A stretch of 63,988 nt of DNA, the filler included, from Aduncisulcus paluster (lineage: Eukaryota), in NCBI GenBank assembly GCA_024181965.1. It is 9 parts of 9 records of this genome, joined end to end, with 100 filler letters (N's around TTAATTAATTAA, not from the genome) between each part and the next. Parts side by side here need not be neighbours in the genome. Positions count along the whole stretch, not along the records: positions 1 to 10,060 come from BQXS01012411.1; positions 10,161 to 19,133 come from BQXS01012412.1; 7 more parts are not named here. One strand, written 5' to 3'. Positions within the stretch are counted from its first letter, which is position 1. Every line of letters starts with the position of its first letter. The notes below the pieces were generated by a model, which made no database searches, was not told the DNA's origin, and was given only the letters and a program-made list of their open reading frames with translations. The position numbers and the translations under genes are program-made. This document shows positions 1 to 11,781 of this stretch, one piece after another.

Positions 1-1471
1 TGGTTGTACTCTGTGAGAAACTTGTGAGTGAATCATCATCAGATGAGCATGAAGCCCGTCTTATTTGCTCATCTTCGTCAGATGGAGCCTTAACGATATC
101 AGAACAGATTGAAGACTGTCTTCCCCCATCTGGATATAACTCAACGCTTGCTGCCGACTCTCTGAAATGAACATGGCCCTTCGATTGGGTTCCAAACTGA
201 TGTTGCTGTTGAGTGACAAGATGTTGTTCTGTTTTTCCCTTGATTCCTCCTTCTCGCTGTTGATCTATCTCCATACTATGGGCTGATTGATCAACAAATT
301 CCATGACATCGATGTTATTTAGATCCAATGCATTATAGATACATGAAATACATGCACAAACTGTTTCAAAAGAGCCATTCTTTATCATGAATAGCTTGCT
401 TTTGCCTTTTCCAAAGCTCAGAGAGGACATAATACCCAAAATACTCCGACAAGACTCAATTTGAGCAAGTAAACTCGACTTTCCGTGTCCTAAGTGTGTT
501 GTAATAGTTGCATCCATCACATCCCTTGACTGAGAGTGTGATGGAGATTGGAACATATGATGCGGACGATCGAAAGAGCCACTAATGATACGTTCTGCTC
601 TACCATCACGTTCGAATTCAGCGGCAGATTCTCCATGATGAGACAATGACGGACTGAGGAGATGCTGAGAGGATCGATGATTCTGAGGATGCATAATTAA
701 GTATTCGAGGGAATGGGTGAGTTGAGTCAATAATTGAAGTAAAAGGGGGAGAGAATACTTTGAGAGCCGGTATTTATCGGCTGGAGACGATCTACAAGAT
801 AGTTTCCAAATTATTTCACACAACACTCCACAGAATCGATCAGAATGGGAATCAATGAGAGTAACAGCAATTGGAATAAATTGTGATTCAATAATATCAT
901 GTTTTTGGGCAGTAGAATCACATGCATACTGGAATATGGAGAGAATATGACTTATGAATTTCTGATTTTTGGTCGCGATAAACTGGTTTAAGAGGGTTGG
1001 AAGGTAAGAAAGATCAAATGTGTTCAAAATATCAATGGAAAATGAATTCCTAGCATGATTGCATAATATAACCAATGAATTGACGGTGATAAAAGGATTA
1101 TGTTTTTGATAATGCTCATATATTTCTCGAATTAGATTAACGTATTTTTTTGAAAGATTTACGACCATAAAATCGTCAAATAAAGATATAAAACGTTCAA
1201 TTACAGAAGGAACAGGAAGATGGATGGAAACAATATTCACGATAAAATCAATAATAGCTGAAGATTGAGAGATAAGATGTTTCATTTTGGCCAATTTTGT
1301 TAACCGGGAGAGTATAAAAAGCCAATTATTACAACAGAAATATGAAGAACAGCACTTTGATGACGTTATCGCACTAAATAACTTTAAATGATGTTGTTGG
1401 AAAAAGTTTTCATGATCCTTTGTCGTTTTTAAAGCGTCTAATTCAAATAATTCAGATGAAAAATAACCCAT
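1..1471 (-). CDS. Hypothetical protein, 3'-partial (runs off window start), helical/ARM-like N-terminal half
   Basis: Manual translation from ATG at 1471 (MGYFSSELFELDALK...) was read open for ~240 codons and appears to continue to the edge; absent from the ORF track, consistent with no stop in the window. Confidence 0.65.
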   Translation of the reverse strand, partial: MGYFSSELFELDALKTTKDHENFFQQHHLKLFSAITSSKCCSSYFCCNNWLFILSRLTKLAKMKHLISQSSAIIDFIVNIVSIHLPVPSVIERFISLFDDFMVVNLSKKYVNLIREIYEHYQKHNPFITVNSLVILCNHARNSFSIDILNTFDLSYLPTLLNQFIATKNQKFISHILSIFQYACDSTAQKHDIIESQFIPIAVTLIDSHSDRFCGVLCEIIWKLSCRSSPADKYRLSKYSLPLLLQLLTQLTHSLEYLIMHPQNHRSSQHLLSPSLSHHGESAAEFERDGRAERIISGSFDRPHHMFQSPSHSQSRDVMDATITTHLGHGKSSLLAQIESCRSILGIMSSLSFGKGKSKLFMIKNGSFETVCACISCIYNALDLNNIDVMEFVDQSAHSMEIDQQREGGIKGKTEQHLVTQQQHQFGTQSKGHVHFRESAASVELYPDGGRQSSICSDIVKAPSDEDEQIRRASCSSDDDSLTSFSQSTT

Positions 1472-2114
1472 GCAGCACAAAAAATGCAATTCGACAAATT
1501 ACCCTTAAAGATATCCGTATTATAAAATTTATTGGTAATATATGTATTTAACATACTATATTATTATTAAATCCACCATTATCCAGAAACGGTTAGCCAA
1601 GATACAGGAGCTAGAATATTACTTATATCCTTGAAGGAGGCTATAAATTTAATTCATTCTATGCCCACGTACATTTCTACCTTCCCTTCAATCTCACTCA
1701 GTGATCAGGCTGATGTTGACATTGTTTTGTGTGAGATAACTGGGAAAGGAGTTTGGGATGATCCAGACTGGACCAGTCTGACTGGTATACGATCCAATCC
1801 CTTCGTTTTATCCACAAAGAAACTTAGACTGAAATTTAATTTTCAATTTTGGGAATGTTACTCCATGACTTATGCATGTGCGTCAATATTTCACCAGTCA
1901 AAGTCAAATAGCTCAACCCCATCCTCCATTCTGTACTGTGAAAATAAATGCTCTTCCTATTGACCCTTGTAATACAACGATTGTATGGCCATTATCCACT
2001 TCAAGATATGTTACTCATTAAAAACTCTCAGAGAGGGATTGAATCGTGTAAAGAACAGAATGAAACAATTGGTCAAGGTAGTATAAAGATTCATCAATAT
2101 TCCGGCAATTAGTG

Positions 2115-2675
2115 CTATTTCAGTTCTCCACAATCGGCAATCACGACCTTTGATCTTGGCTTTCCACTCAATCTACCAACAGCTTCAATCTGCTTGAGAA
2201 CATCTTTCCCACTATGAACAATCCCAAAGGCAACATATTTCCCTTGCAACCACGAACAAGCATCAAATGTGACAAAGAATTGTGACCCATTCGTGTTCTT
2301 TCCACAGTTGGACATCCCAAGAGTATACGGGGCATCATATGCCACATCAAAGCTTTCATCTGCGAATGTCCGGCCATCAATAGCCGAATATCCTCCACTA
2401 CCTTCCATCCCTTCCGTACTCGTGATGTCACCTCCTTGCATACAGAAATAAGGGATGATTTTGAAAATGGAAGATCCTTTAAGACTGAGTGGTTTTCCAA
2501 TCCCTGGAATTCTACCTGCTTCACCTGTGCACAATAATCGGAAATTTTCACACGTTTTTGGACACTTACTTGAGAATAAATCAAACACAATCCGGCCAAC
2601 AGGTTTATCATCAATATTCATATCAAAGAATACTTGAGTTACCATTTTATGAGAATATGATGACCCTAAATCCAT
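2115..2675 (-). CDS. Cyclophilin-type peptidyl-prolyl cis-trans isomerase
   Basis: VFFDM..GRIVFDLF...PKTCENFRLLCTGE, QGGD, MSNCGKNTNGSQFF, FG.V..G, VVIADCGEL cyclophilin motifs. Confidence 0.95.
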   Translation of the reverse strand: MDLGSSYSHKMVTQVFFDMNIDDKPVGRIVFDLFSSKCPKTCENFRLLCTGEAGRIPGIGKPLSLKGSSIFKIIPYFCMQGGDITSTEGMEGSGGYSAIDGRTFADESFDVAYDAPYTLGMSNCGKNTNGSQFFVTFDACSWLQGKYVAFGIVHSGKDVLKQIEAVGRLSGKPRSKVVIADCGELK

Positions 2676-3016
2676 ATTAAAATACTATTAATCTGATATA
2701 TCTACAAGAAAAACGAAGTTTCATTTTTTTCCTGCTAACTACAACTAAATGAGAATCAATAATGATAGAATTGAGTTGATAACTGTATTATAAATTGTTT
2801 TAGCAAAATATTTACATTGCATTTTGTTGAATTCAAGCCATATCAATAATTCTCTTTCCAACCTCACCTTGTTAATGTGTATAAATTTCTTTTGCAATTA
2901 ATGATTATACATTTAATATATTTTTCATTTCATTCATAACTCTCTAAATTAGCTCAATAATTTCTCTCGAAATCATTTGATCCGGATGAGATTATTTCCA
3001 ATCATGATGGTATCAC

Positions 3017-4537
3017 TTGGATGAGAATGAACTTCTTTTTTCGCTGACAACAATGACTATTATAAATAATCAAGATATGAATGAAAGCCGGGTCGTCGTT
3101 GAACGCGATCCCAAAAAAAAGCCCGATCATATAGATGCTCTTGAAAATGCCAGCATCTTCCCTTTGATTTTTAGGCTATCATTTGCAGCCGTGATGTCTG
3201 AAATTGCCCAGATGATCTATGAAATGTTCGATAGTGCTTTTATTTCCATCTATAACGGTGAATCGGTTCTCGGTGGTGTTTCCGCATTTCTCTTCCTTGA
3301 AAGTTTAATATCGATCCAAATTGGAATATCTGTTGGTATTTCAGTTGCTGCAGTTATCTCTCATGCTCTTGGAGAAGGCAACATGATGAGGGCCAAGAAA
3401 GCTCTCTTGTACTTTATTGTTTTCGGCTGTTTGTGGACAATCGCTATTCCTGCAATATTTATCCCCCTTCTTCCGCGTATCCTTCCTCTTGTTGGCGTTG
3501 AAGAATTTGTTATGGCAGAGACTCGTGAATATGCCATTGTTGTCGTTGCTGGCTCTGGATTTACTTATTTTGTGTGTGGGTTCTCTGCTATTTTGAAAGC
3601 TGAGAATCTTGCCATTACTTCTATGTTTATCACAGTCATTCCAGCTGTCCTCAATTTCATTGGTGATCCTCTTCTCATGCGTGTTCTAGATCTCGGAGTT
3701 TTTGGAGCCGGCATTTCAACAGTCGTTGCAAACTTTATCGGAATTCTTGTCACCATTTTTCTTTATGTCCGTTCCAACAGCCCCATTGCCATTCGTCTCT
3801 CAAAGGATGTTATCAAGGCTCCAACAGACAAAGATGTCCTCAAAACAATCGCTTCGCTGGCCATTCCAAATTACATATTCAATTGCAATATCAATATCGG
3901 TGGTATTTTAGCTTCTAATAATATCTCTCGTTATTCCGACTCTGATACTCAAACCATGCAGTGGATAGCTATTTATGGATCAGCTGCCCGCATAGGAAAC
4001 ATGGTCTTTCGTCCCTGCAAAGGCATATCAAATAGCATTCCGACCATTCTTGGGTTCAATATTGGTGCCAAAAACTGGAAGAGGTCTTGGGAATCTATCT
4101 GGAAATCTTTCATAAGTATTGCATTATTTTCCTGGTTTTTAGCTGGTTTAATCAACGTTTTTTCACGAGAAATAGCCTCACTGTTATCGTCAACTTCTAC
4201 AATGGAGGACACTCTCACATATATATCGAGAATAACCACTATCCCAATGTTTTTCTCTGCATTGTATATGACCACATTTGGAATATTCCAGTCGGAAAGA
4301 AGCTCTTTCTTCCAGATATACACGGCAATCATTGGCTGGTTTGGCATGATTACATCCATTTTCCTGATCCCTCATCTCGTGGGCTCAGTTGATGGATTTC
4401 GATATGTTCTCCTGTCTGTCCACTCTATAAATATCACTGGAGCCGTCATTCTTGCTCCTTGGAAGATTAAGAAGTATATAAAGTTGAAAAATGATGAAGA
4501 AAAGAAGGAGGAAGAAGAAGTCGAACAAAAAGTTTAG
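3017..4537 (+). CDS. MATE family efflux transporter
   Basis: ~12 hydrophobic segments; D..FIS, ISHALGEGN, LNFIGDPLL..LGVFGAGISTV, GFNIGAKNWKR MATE motifs; exact start uncertain. Confidence 0.9.
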   Translation: MDENELLFSLTTMTIINNQDMNESRVVVERDPKKKPDHIDALENASIFPLIFRLSFAAVMSEIAQMIYEMFDSAFISIYNGESVLGGVSAFLFLESLISIQIGISVGISVAAVISHALGEGNMMRAKKALLYFIVFGCLWTIAIPAIFIPLLPRILPLVGVEEFVMAETREYAIVVVAGSGFTYFVCGFSAILKAENLAITSMFITVIPAVLNFIGDPLLMRVLDLGVFGAGISTVVANFIGILVTIFLYVRSNSPIAIRLSKDVIKAPTDKDVLKTIASLAIPNYIFNCNINIGGILASNNISRYSDSDTQTMQWIAIYGSAARIGNMVFRPCKGISNSIPTILGFNIGAKNWKRSWESIWKSFISIALFSWFLAGLINVFSREIASLLSSTSTMEDTLTYISRITTIPMFFSALYMTTFGIFQSERSSFFQIYTAIIGWFGMITSIFLIPHLVGSVDGFRYVLLSVHSINITGAVILAPWKIKKYIKLKNDEEKKEEEEVEQKV

Positions 4538-4847
4538 AAAATTTGGTTTTGATTCGTTTTGGTCTCTCAAGATCTAACAATAATGATTCAATAATCAATC
4601 AAATTCAAACATTTATTCGATCTGCAATCAACTAATTTTAGATACGTGAGAAAGTCAAAACAAGCTTTTTACTCGAATTTAATTTCATCAACTGTCATCG
4701 CAAGAGAGAGAGCTATAAGGAGTCATAGGATAAAAAAGAGGATGAGTGTACGCAAATTACACGCTCTTACATAATATAAAAAATATAATTAATTTAATTA
4801 ATACAAAAATATTCTCAGCAACAAAATTGAGTGTTTGCAATAGCCTA

Positions 4848-5593
4848 TATATATATAAATTGATAATGACCATCAAGAATTCATTTGATTTTTTTTTGCA
4901 CAAAAACATCCAACCATTTGTGTTGAACTTGGAGAAATCTCACAATAAGATTGAAAAGGGGAAGAATAGAGGTGAGAACAAACTTTCACAAATGTGTTTT
5001 TAGCAATAAAGAATTAATGGGTGTAATGATCAGGTTATAACAATACATTCTTCAATATAATCCACGGAACAAATAAGGAACTCACATTAAGAGAAGGGAA
5101 GAAAAGGAAGAAAAAAACAAGGAATGTAAACAAGGGATTAAGAAACGGAAAGGGACCTAAAAAAATTATAACAATAGAACAATAAGGAGAACAATGAAAA
5201 TAAATGCTCTNNNNNNNNNNNNNNNNNNNNTATATATATAAATTGATAATGACCATCAAGAATTCATTTGATTTTTTTTTGCACAAAAACATCCAACCAT
5301 TTGTGTTGAACTTGGAGAAATCTCACAATAAGATTGAAAAGGGGAAGAATAGAGGTGAGAACAAACTTTCACAAATGTGTTTTTAGCAATAAAGAATTAA
5401 TGGGTGTAATGATCAGGTTATAACAATACATTCTTCAATATAATCCACGGAACAAATAAGGAACTCACATTAAGAGAAGGGAAGAAAAGGAAGAAAAAAA
5501 CAAGGAATGTAAACAAGGGATTAAGAAACGGAAAGGGACCTAAAAAAATTATAACAATAGAACAATAAGGAGAACAATGAAAATAAATGCTCT
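4848..5593. repeat. ~360-bp exact duplication on either side of a 20-N gap (assembly overlap artefact)
   Basis: 4848-5210 repeated at 5231-5593. Confidence 0.85.
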
Positions 5594-5613
5594 AAGTACA
5601 GTATAGTTCCAAT

Positions 5614-6876
5614 TCACAACATGGGAGAGTAAGAGAAGTCAGCATTACCACCAATAGTTGGTGCAGAGGCCACTGGAGCCATTGGAGAGCCCATCATCCC
5701 AGCAACCGGAGAATGGTGTCCAACTCCAGGCACAGAGACGGTACCCATATTTCTTTGATCCATTGTGGTCATTCTAACCTCATCATCACTGAATTTACGA
5801 CCCTCAACACTCTCTGCAATACTCAGACGACACTTGGCTCTCTGAGCATTGGCAATGGCAGCCTCAGGAGCAGAATACAGGAATATCATGGGTACAGTGG
5901 TGTGTACAGTAGCTAAAACACTTGCAGAGTACTTGGCAGAATCAATAAGGGAACGAGGAGAGGCAAGAAGAGCCTTAGCTCCTTCGATGACGACAGGGCT
6001 CTCTTGGTTTGGAATTCTAAGGAAAACATAGAACAAAGCGAAGTTTGGATCATCAAATGCACATGTGTTCTTGTAACAAAGATGGTGGACCATGAGATAT
6101 AAGCCTCTGGGCATCAAACGCTGGTTGATTTCAACACATTGCAACTGAACATGGTTACAGAAGGCAATTGGATTCTTGGTGGCAAGATCAGGGCCTCCAC
6201 AACATGCTGAGAGACCCAACATGAGTCCCATTACTGTCAACATTCCTCCAATACCGACAAATGGAGCTCCAAGAGCGGCAATTCCCAAAACAGCAAGGAA
6301 AATGATTCCGGGAATTAAAAAGCATAACCCAATGATCAAAAAGATAATAGATATTATTTTTAGACCTCTCTGATCCGACTGAGGAAGCTTGAGAGTAGTT
6401 CCAGTATCCTTAGCAAGATTTCTTTTGGCATAGGCCTCTCCGTCAAATGAATGGGCCATATCATTTAATTCACCAATTATCATTTGATATTCCATTTGGG
6501 AAAGCTGAGATCCAAACCAGGATGGATCATACGGAGTCTTGGCATCCAAACCTGGACATACAACTGGAAACATCGTTGGAGACATCATTGGAGCTGCAAT
6601 ATATGTCGATCCTAAAGTGTTTGTACGGGAGACATAATTAAAAATGGTAGGATTATTTCCTAAATTTGTATAAAGACCGGCATCACCAGTTTGGCGTGAT
6701 ACAAGACGATTTGGCCCTCCATAAAGTGGTGTACGTGTTGCTATCATAATAATATACCCAAAGGGTTTTATCCTCGAAGAAAAAGCGTTTTGGAAACCGA
6801 AGTAATTTTGAAATTCTCTCTCTGACGCAATATTCAAAAAAATACGATAATAATAATGGTCAAAATAAATTATCAA
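5614..6876 (-). CDS. Hypothetical membrane protein with two TM helices
   Basis: 420-aa ORF with hydrophobic hairpin IISIIFLIIGLCF...GLMLGL; true start probably the ATG of MIATRTP near 6747. Confidence 0.7.
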   Translation of the reverse strand: MIIYFDHYYYRIFLNIASEREFQNYFGFQNAFSSRIKPFGYIIMIATRTPLYGGPNRLVSRQTGDAGLYTNLGNNPTIFNYVSRTNTLGSTYIAAPMMSPTMFPVVCPGLDAKTPYDPSWFGSQLSQMEYQMIIGELNDMAHSFDGEAYAKRNLAKDTGTTLKLPQSDQRGLKIISIIFLIIGLCFLIPGIIFLAVLGIAALGAPFVGIGGMLTVMGLMLGLSACCGGPDLATKNPIAFCNHVQLQCVEINQRLMPRGLYLMVHHLCYKNTCAFDDPNFALFYVFLRIPNQESPVVIEGAKALLASPRSLIDSAKYSASVLATVHTTVPMIFLYSAPEAAIANAQRAKCRLSIAESVEGRKFSDDEVRMTTMDQRNMGTVSVPGVGHHSPVAGMMGSPMAPVASAPTIGGNADFSYSPML

Positions 6877-7022
6877 TAAGATACAAACAAATTTTTAACA
6901 TTTATTTATTTATTATTACCGTCCCATTAAAATTATCTCGGATATCAAACTAACAAAAGTATATCCTCTCCTGAAACAATATCAAAACTTAATCTGACCA
7001 CTCACTATGTTGCATATTTTGA

Positions 7023-7727
7023 TTAAAGTTCTTCAATTTCCTCTTTTTCTTCTTCTTTCTTCTCATCAGCGAATAGAGTGCTTCTGAGAGCTGGAGCATG
7101 CATACGCTTGGCAGCAGCTAATCTAGCATCAAATGTACAATCTACATTGAGTTCATGAGTTGAGTCAGACACGACAATACCTCCAAGACAAGACCCAGCA
7201 GGATCCTCACCTTTCTTCCAAGCATGTCCAAGAGTGTAGGTTGAAAGAGCAAGAGATTTGAGGGAAACACCAAGTTCTTCAGCATCAAGACTATTGACCT
7301 TCCCGATCGCACTCTCAACAATGTGCTTATCACATGGGCGGCATTGAACGAGAAGTTCAGGCTTCTGAAGTGTAACAGCAGCTTGTTTGATCAAATCAAC
7401 GATAATATCCTCATATTTTTCAGATCCTGTCATGAGAGAAATCCGCTCTCTAATTGTTTCATACATAGAATCGATAATTTTCTTCCTTTCTTCTAAAACG
7501 GACAATTGAGCATCTTTTTGAGCCTGAGCTAACTTGATCTTTCTCTTTTCCTCTCTTCTTTGACATTTTTTCTCGTATTGGAAATCAATTTCCTTTCTGG
7601 CTTTGGTTGTTTCAGCAATTCTTTGAGATTCGGCTTCATTTTCAGCTTGGGTAGTAATCATTAAAGCTTTCTTCTCAGCTTCCAACTTCATGAAAGCGAT
7701 CATGTGAGCAATACCTGACTCAGCCAT
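7023..7727 (-). CDS. VMA4: V-type proton ATPase subunit E
   Basis: HMIAFMKLEAEKKA, L.VL...., VQCRPCD, CLGGIVV, CTFDARL..., LRSTLF motifs. Confidence 0.92.
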   Translation of the reverse strand: MAESGIAHMIAFMKLEAEKKALMITTQAENEAESQRIAETTKARKEIDFQYEKKCQRREEKRKIKLAQAQKDAQLSVLEERKKIIDSMYETIRERISLMTGSEKYEDIIVDLIKQAAVTLQKPELLVQCRPCDKHIVESAIGKVNSLDAEELGVSLKSLALSTYTLGHAWKKGEDPAGSCLGGIVVSDSTHELNVDCTFDARLAAAKRMHAPALRSTLFADEKKEEEKEEIEEL

Positions 7728-8034
7728 TGATGTTGTTGTCAAGAAAATAGGAATCGCCCAAAATTGTCTTAGGTGGTAGTTTCAGAAGTTAGTGGAATGT
7801 ACAGCATGGAAATATCATATAAACGAGCTAAGAAATTTAATTTTGGATTTTAATGTGTGTTTCTTTGCGATATTATTGTTTTTCTTTCGCCACGATCATA
7901 TTTCCGAATCCATTGATAATCAAGGGATTTTATAAATCACATTTATAATAAAATTTGGTTGAAAATATAATTTGTCACATAAAGAATTTGTACACGTTTT
8001 TTTTTCATCCCCATCACTGGTTTTTCAATAATCC

Positions 8035-10060
8035 ATGTATTGGAGCACAATTACATCCATGACAAAGCGATCTTTGTTACGAGATGCATTAAATAGGTCG
8101 CGAAGCAACTTTTCATACTTTAATTCAATTTATTTTGCTGAGCATCTACATTGCCTTGAAAAAAGTGTCGATAGTCTAAAAGATTATGCAAAAGCTCTAA
8201 TATTTGGAAATCAAATCCATAAAGCGCATTCATTATTGCAAAGTACCATCTCCCAATCTTCATCAGATCCAGAATTATTATATCTTCGTGTATTAACCGC
8301 GATTGATGTTGGAAACTATGATTCTGCGCATTTAATTTTAACAAACATTATTAAACAACCTCATATTTATCAAGAATTTTCTGCTGAAAGGAAGTCTGCT
8401 CTGGCTGTCCTTCAAGCTCGTGTTTTATTAGCCAAAAAAGCCCCTCAGCATGCAGCAAAGTGGCTTGGAAAAGCTCTTGCATTTGATCCAACTAATGTAG
8501 AGGCTGCTGATATGCTATATAGTTCAGGGCTTGTAACAGAACGTGAATTCCTTCTTTTGCTCGAGGGAGTACAACGATTGATGTCAGAAGATGAACAATG
8601 GCTTCCATTGCTTGTATTATACGGTCTTGCAAACCCTTGGAAAGGTGTTAGAGTTGATGAGAGAGATTGGGATGATGATTCAACTCCCCCCATTGCTGAC
8701 ATATCCCATTCTGTCGGTCATCCGGTTTCAGTTGATCCAGCCAAGCACACTCCTCTTGGCATTGAAGATAAGTCTCTTCTTATCGAGCCTTCTCCCGCCC
8801 TCTCCTCCTTTTCATCATCCACATCATCTTCCCCCTCATGCTCCCCTTCTTCCTCGTATCTCTCTTCTCCCTCATCCCCTGTATTTATTCCCTCATCAAC
8901 CTCTTGCGACAATGTGTATATGTCAGCCATTAAGACGAGTCGAGCATTGGTGGCACAGAGTCTCATGGATAGAAACCCTCAGCTCCATCATCAACAGCTT
9001 GGACCTCAACGACACCCAGACATGCCCATGGCCACATCAATTGTGCGTTATCATTCAATTCCATCAAGCAGAACTGGGAATGTCCTCAAAAAGAGTAAGA
9101 GGGTTGACATTATGGGTAAGGATCTGGTTCACTCTGGTCCAAGGCCTTTGCATAGGAAGCAGCCAGCAGCATTGAAAAGGAATGGCATTATTGATATCGT
9201 TAAGAGAGAGAGAACTGTACCTATGGGTGACATATCTGGCATGAAACCACCAGGTCCTGATCTCGAATATTTGAACACCCCTTTCCCCCAGCGTCGTATT
9301 ATCACCTCCTCAGGCTCTTCTTCAGCTTCCTCGGGGTCTTCCTTGGCCTCTATTCCGCCTCCTGGATCAGGTGTTACCGTCCCTCTCTCTTCTTCCCTTC
9401 CTTACAAGACCCCCTCAATCCACACTGTCCATTCCAGCACAGACAAACATGACCACGTCATTGGAGGACACTGTGATTCAATCCATTGTGACTCTACTGG
9501 GCACTCGGATGAGGTAGAAGAGGACAAACCACTACAAAACTCTCCAGGAGTTGGATTGGACTCTTCTTCTTCTCTCTCACACAAGACGATTGGAAGAAAG
9601 GACCAAAATGCCAATGAATGCAGAAGGACCCGTAGAAGTGACCAATTCTCCCTCGTTCATGATTGTGATGATCCTTGTCAACAGAACGGGTTAAGAGAGA
9701 AGGAACACCATACTTCCAGTGTCGGTTCTAAAGCTTCCAGTCTCAATGTAATCGTGTCTAAAGATGTCGTATTTATCCACCATGATACAATACCTATACC
9801 TGCGTGTCTAATCCCATTCAGAAATAGCGAGAGATTCTTTTTAAAGGCCATTAACACACGTCTACACACCATGTGTGATCCGTTGACAGCTTCTTCAATC
9901 GCCTCTGAAGCTCTTCAGACCTTCACTTCACATTCTATATCAATTCAACATTCCCTTGCTCTTTCTTTCTCACTTCTCTCGTCAAATACTCACCTTCATT
10001 CTATTTCTGGATCATTGCGCAACACATATCCTTCACATCCGCTGACTCATACCCTCAGTG
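8035..10060 (+). CDS. Cdc16/APC6-like TPR subunit of the anaphase-promoting complex, 3'-partial, with long Ser-rich insert
   Basis: N-terminal IYFAEHL/AKALIFGNQIHKA and ALAFDPTNVEA TPRs; helical region resumes with ...LRNTYPSHPLT after ~370 disordered residues. Confidence 0.6.
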
Positions 10061-10160
10061 NNNNNNNNNNNNNNNNNNNNNNNNNNNNNNNNNNNNNNNN
10101 NNNNTTAATTAATTAANNNNNNNNNNNNNNNNNNNNNNNNNNNNNNNNNNNNNNNNNNNN
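10061..10160. other. Artificial contig linker; same linker at 19134-19233, 25005-25104, 31172-31271, 43410-43509, 51763-51862, 59909-60008, 62398-62497
   Basis: 100-bp N44-TTAATTAATTAA-N44 six-frame-stop spacer seen eight times. Confidence 0.97.
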
Positions 10161-10670
10161 GGTATGATCTAGGTCGGGACCTAAAAAAGTCTTCGCTGTG
10201 TGTTCGCGACATCTATATAGTATTAGGCCTTTTATAGCTCAGCTGGTTTGTCAACACTGTGTAGTCACCTCTTCGACTTCCTCCAGTGCACCTACTGTCT
10301 TCATTCCATCTATTGCTGCTCTCAGTTCTGCTGTGTCTGCGGTGTCCCTTCACGAAACCCTTGCTCTCGATGATACACCGAACTTCACCCCTTTTCTGAG
10401 CCACTCTACGATGTGATGGCTTGCCCCATGCTCTTCCCACTCTTTCCATTTCCTCGACATACTCCCCACTACCTCCTCTTCCTGTTTTACCTTCATGGAT
10501 GTGATAATAACGAGATTTGAGTTTTCTGAGGTAGTGGGTCTCAGTATAAAGGGCACTCACCTTCCTTGTGGTTCTTTCCACACTTCTTACACCTTGGTGT
10601 TGAGCTTGCGACAGTTTTCCAAGGCTTGTTCTTTCCTGATTGCTCTCCATTGAATCTCCTCTTCCTTGTT
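10161..10670 (-). mobile_element. DIRS-like retrotransposon fragment (end of gag / start of RT), second family
   Basis: VGSMSRKWKEWEEHGASHHIVEWLRKGVKF closely matches VGSMSSKWREWEKEGAYHTIVEWLRAGTIF of the DIRS RT at 14874-16100. Confidence 0.8.
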
Positions 10671-10679
10671 GTGTCCCAT

Positions 10680-11400
10680 AAATTATATCCTGATCTGGTC
10701 AGTTCGAACTCACGAAGAATCTCTCTAGGGTGATATTTTAGGCTCTAATAACGCTTTCGACATGTGAATTTCCGATAGAGAAGAGAAAGAGTGACTACGA
10801 GATCTTTTTGACTTTTCCAGAAATTATATCCTGATATGGTCGTTTACTCAGAGTTAGTCTGAGTTTCCTCTTAATTGTTAATGTCCCATTTGGGCTATAG
10901 TATACTCTAGGAATTATATTTCTATGGTTTCATGAGTCTCTTCGATAAATTCCCTCTATTTCGATTGTTGGGTCGCAATTATTCTTTTTGCCCAGTTTAG
11001 GACAATCATCCCCATTTGGAACCCCCAGTTGAGTATAAAGTGAAGTGGAATTCCTTTTCCTCTCAGGTATGCTATTGATTTGTTAGAGATTAAGCCTGAG
11101 TGACCGAGAACGATACCTGATCCTTCACCGATGTCTTGATATTTGGAAGTTTTCTCGTTGTGTCTCTTTTCAACTGTGAAGAGGGTTGAGTCCTCGTACG
11201 TTATTGATGTGTCAAGCCAGAAAGACTCTTCCCCCTGTGTTACAATGATATCGGGCCGCTCGTGCGGCGTGATTCTCGCTTCTTCTACAACCCTCCAATT
11301 GGGATTGTAATCTCTCAAGTTGTTCGCCAGGCACATTCTAATGTCATGTTGTCTTTGTCGATACATGGTTATAAGTTCCGGGCAGCCTCCAAATAGGTCG
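10680..11400 (-). mobile_element. 3' end of an RLE-type (R2/CRE/Genie-like) non-LTR retrotransposon: restriction-like endonuclease plus probable 3' UTR
   Basis: GCP.L..MY..RQHD, then E..., RPDI, LDTSIT, K..KY PD-(D/E)xK motif order; stop at 10956. Confidence 0.8.
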
Positions 11401-11419
11401 GAGTTATTATTTCTGACAG

Positions 11420-11781
11420 AGAACCCCTCATGGAACTTGTGTGCCAAAATTTGGTAAAATCCGGATATGAATATCGTTGGATGCCTTGCCTCTCTCATTT
11501 ACTCAATTCACTTATAAAATCGTATACAGAATATTACTTTGAATCCATACCACATATCCTGGATAATTTAAGCCATATTCTTCGTGTCAGTCCGGAAAAC
11601 AAAGCATGGGTTATGGGGAATTGGAGAGGAAGTGTTTGTAGGAAATCACACCAAGGGAACAAAACTCAATCCAAGCTTGTTCGGCCCGTTTGAAATAGTA
11701 GAGAGATCAGGGGCGAAAACTTACGTAGTAAAGAATGACATGGGACCTGATGGAAGACAAACGACTCATCCAGGCATGTAA
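11420..11781 (+). mobile_element. Ty3/Gypsy integrase C-terminal fragment, frameshifted
   Basis: KLNPSLFGPFEIVER...TYVVK GPF/Y motif; upstream WMPCL..LLNS. Confidence 0.7.

Noticed and set aside
1631..1963. 110-aa ORF
   Set aside because: TTG start and no recognisable family; may be an exon but cannot be supported
4848..5593. Direct repeats that might be LTRs (also at 28.7-29.1, 32.4-32.8 and 40.4-40.9 kb)
   Set aside because: Each is an exact overlap flanking a 20-N scaffold gap
10061..10160. Recurrent TTAATTAATTAA palindrome between N runs
   Set aside because: Artificial six-frame-stop contig linker; adjacency across linkers carries no biological meaning
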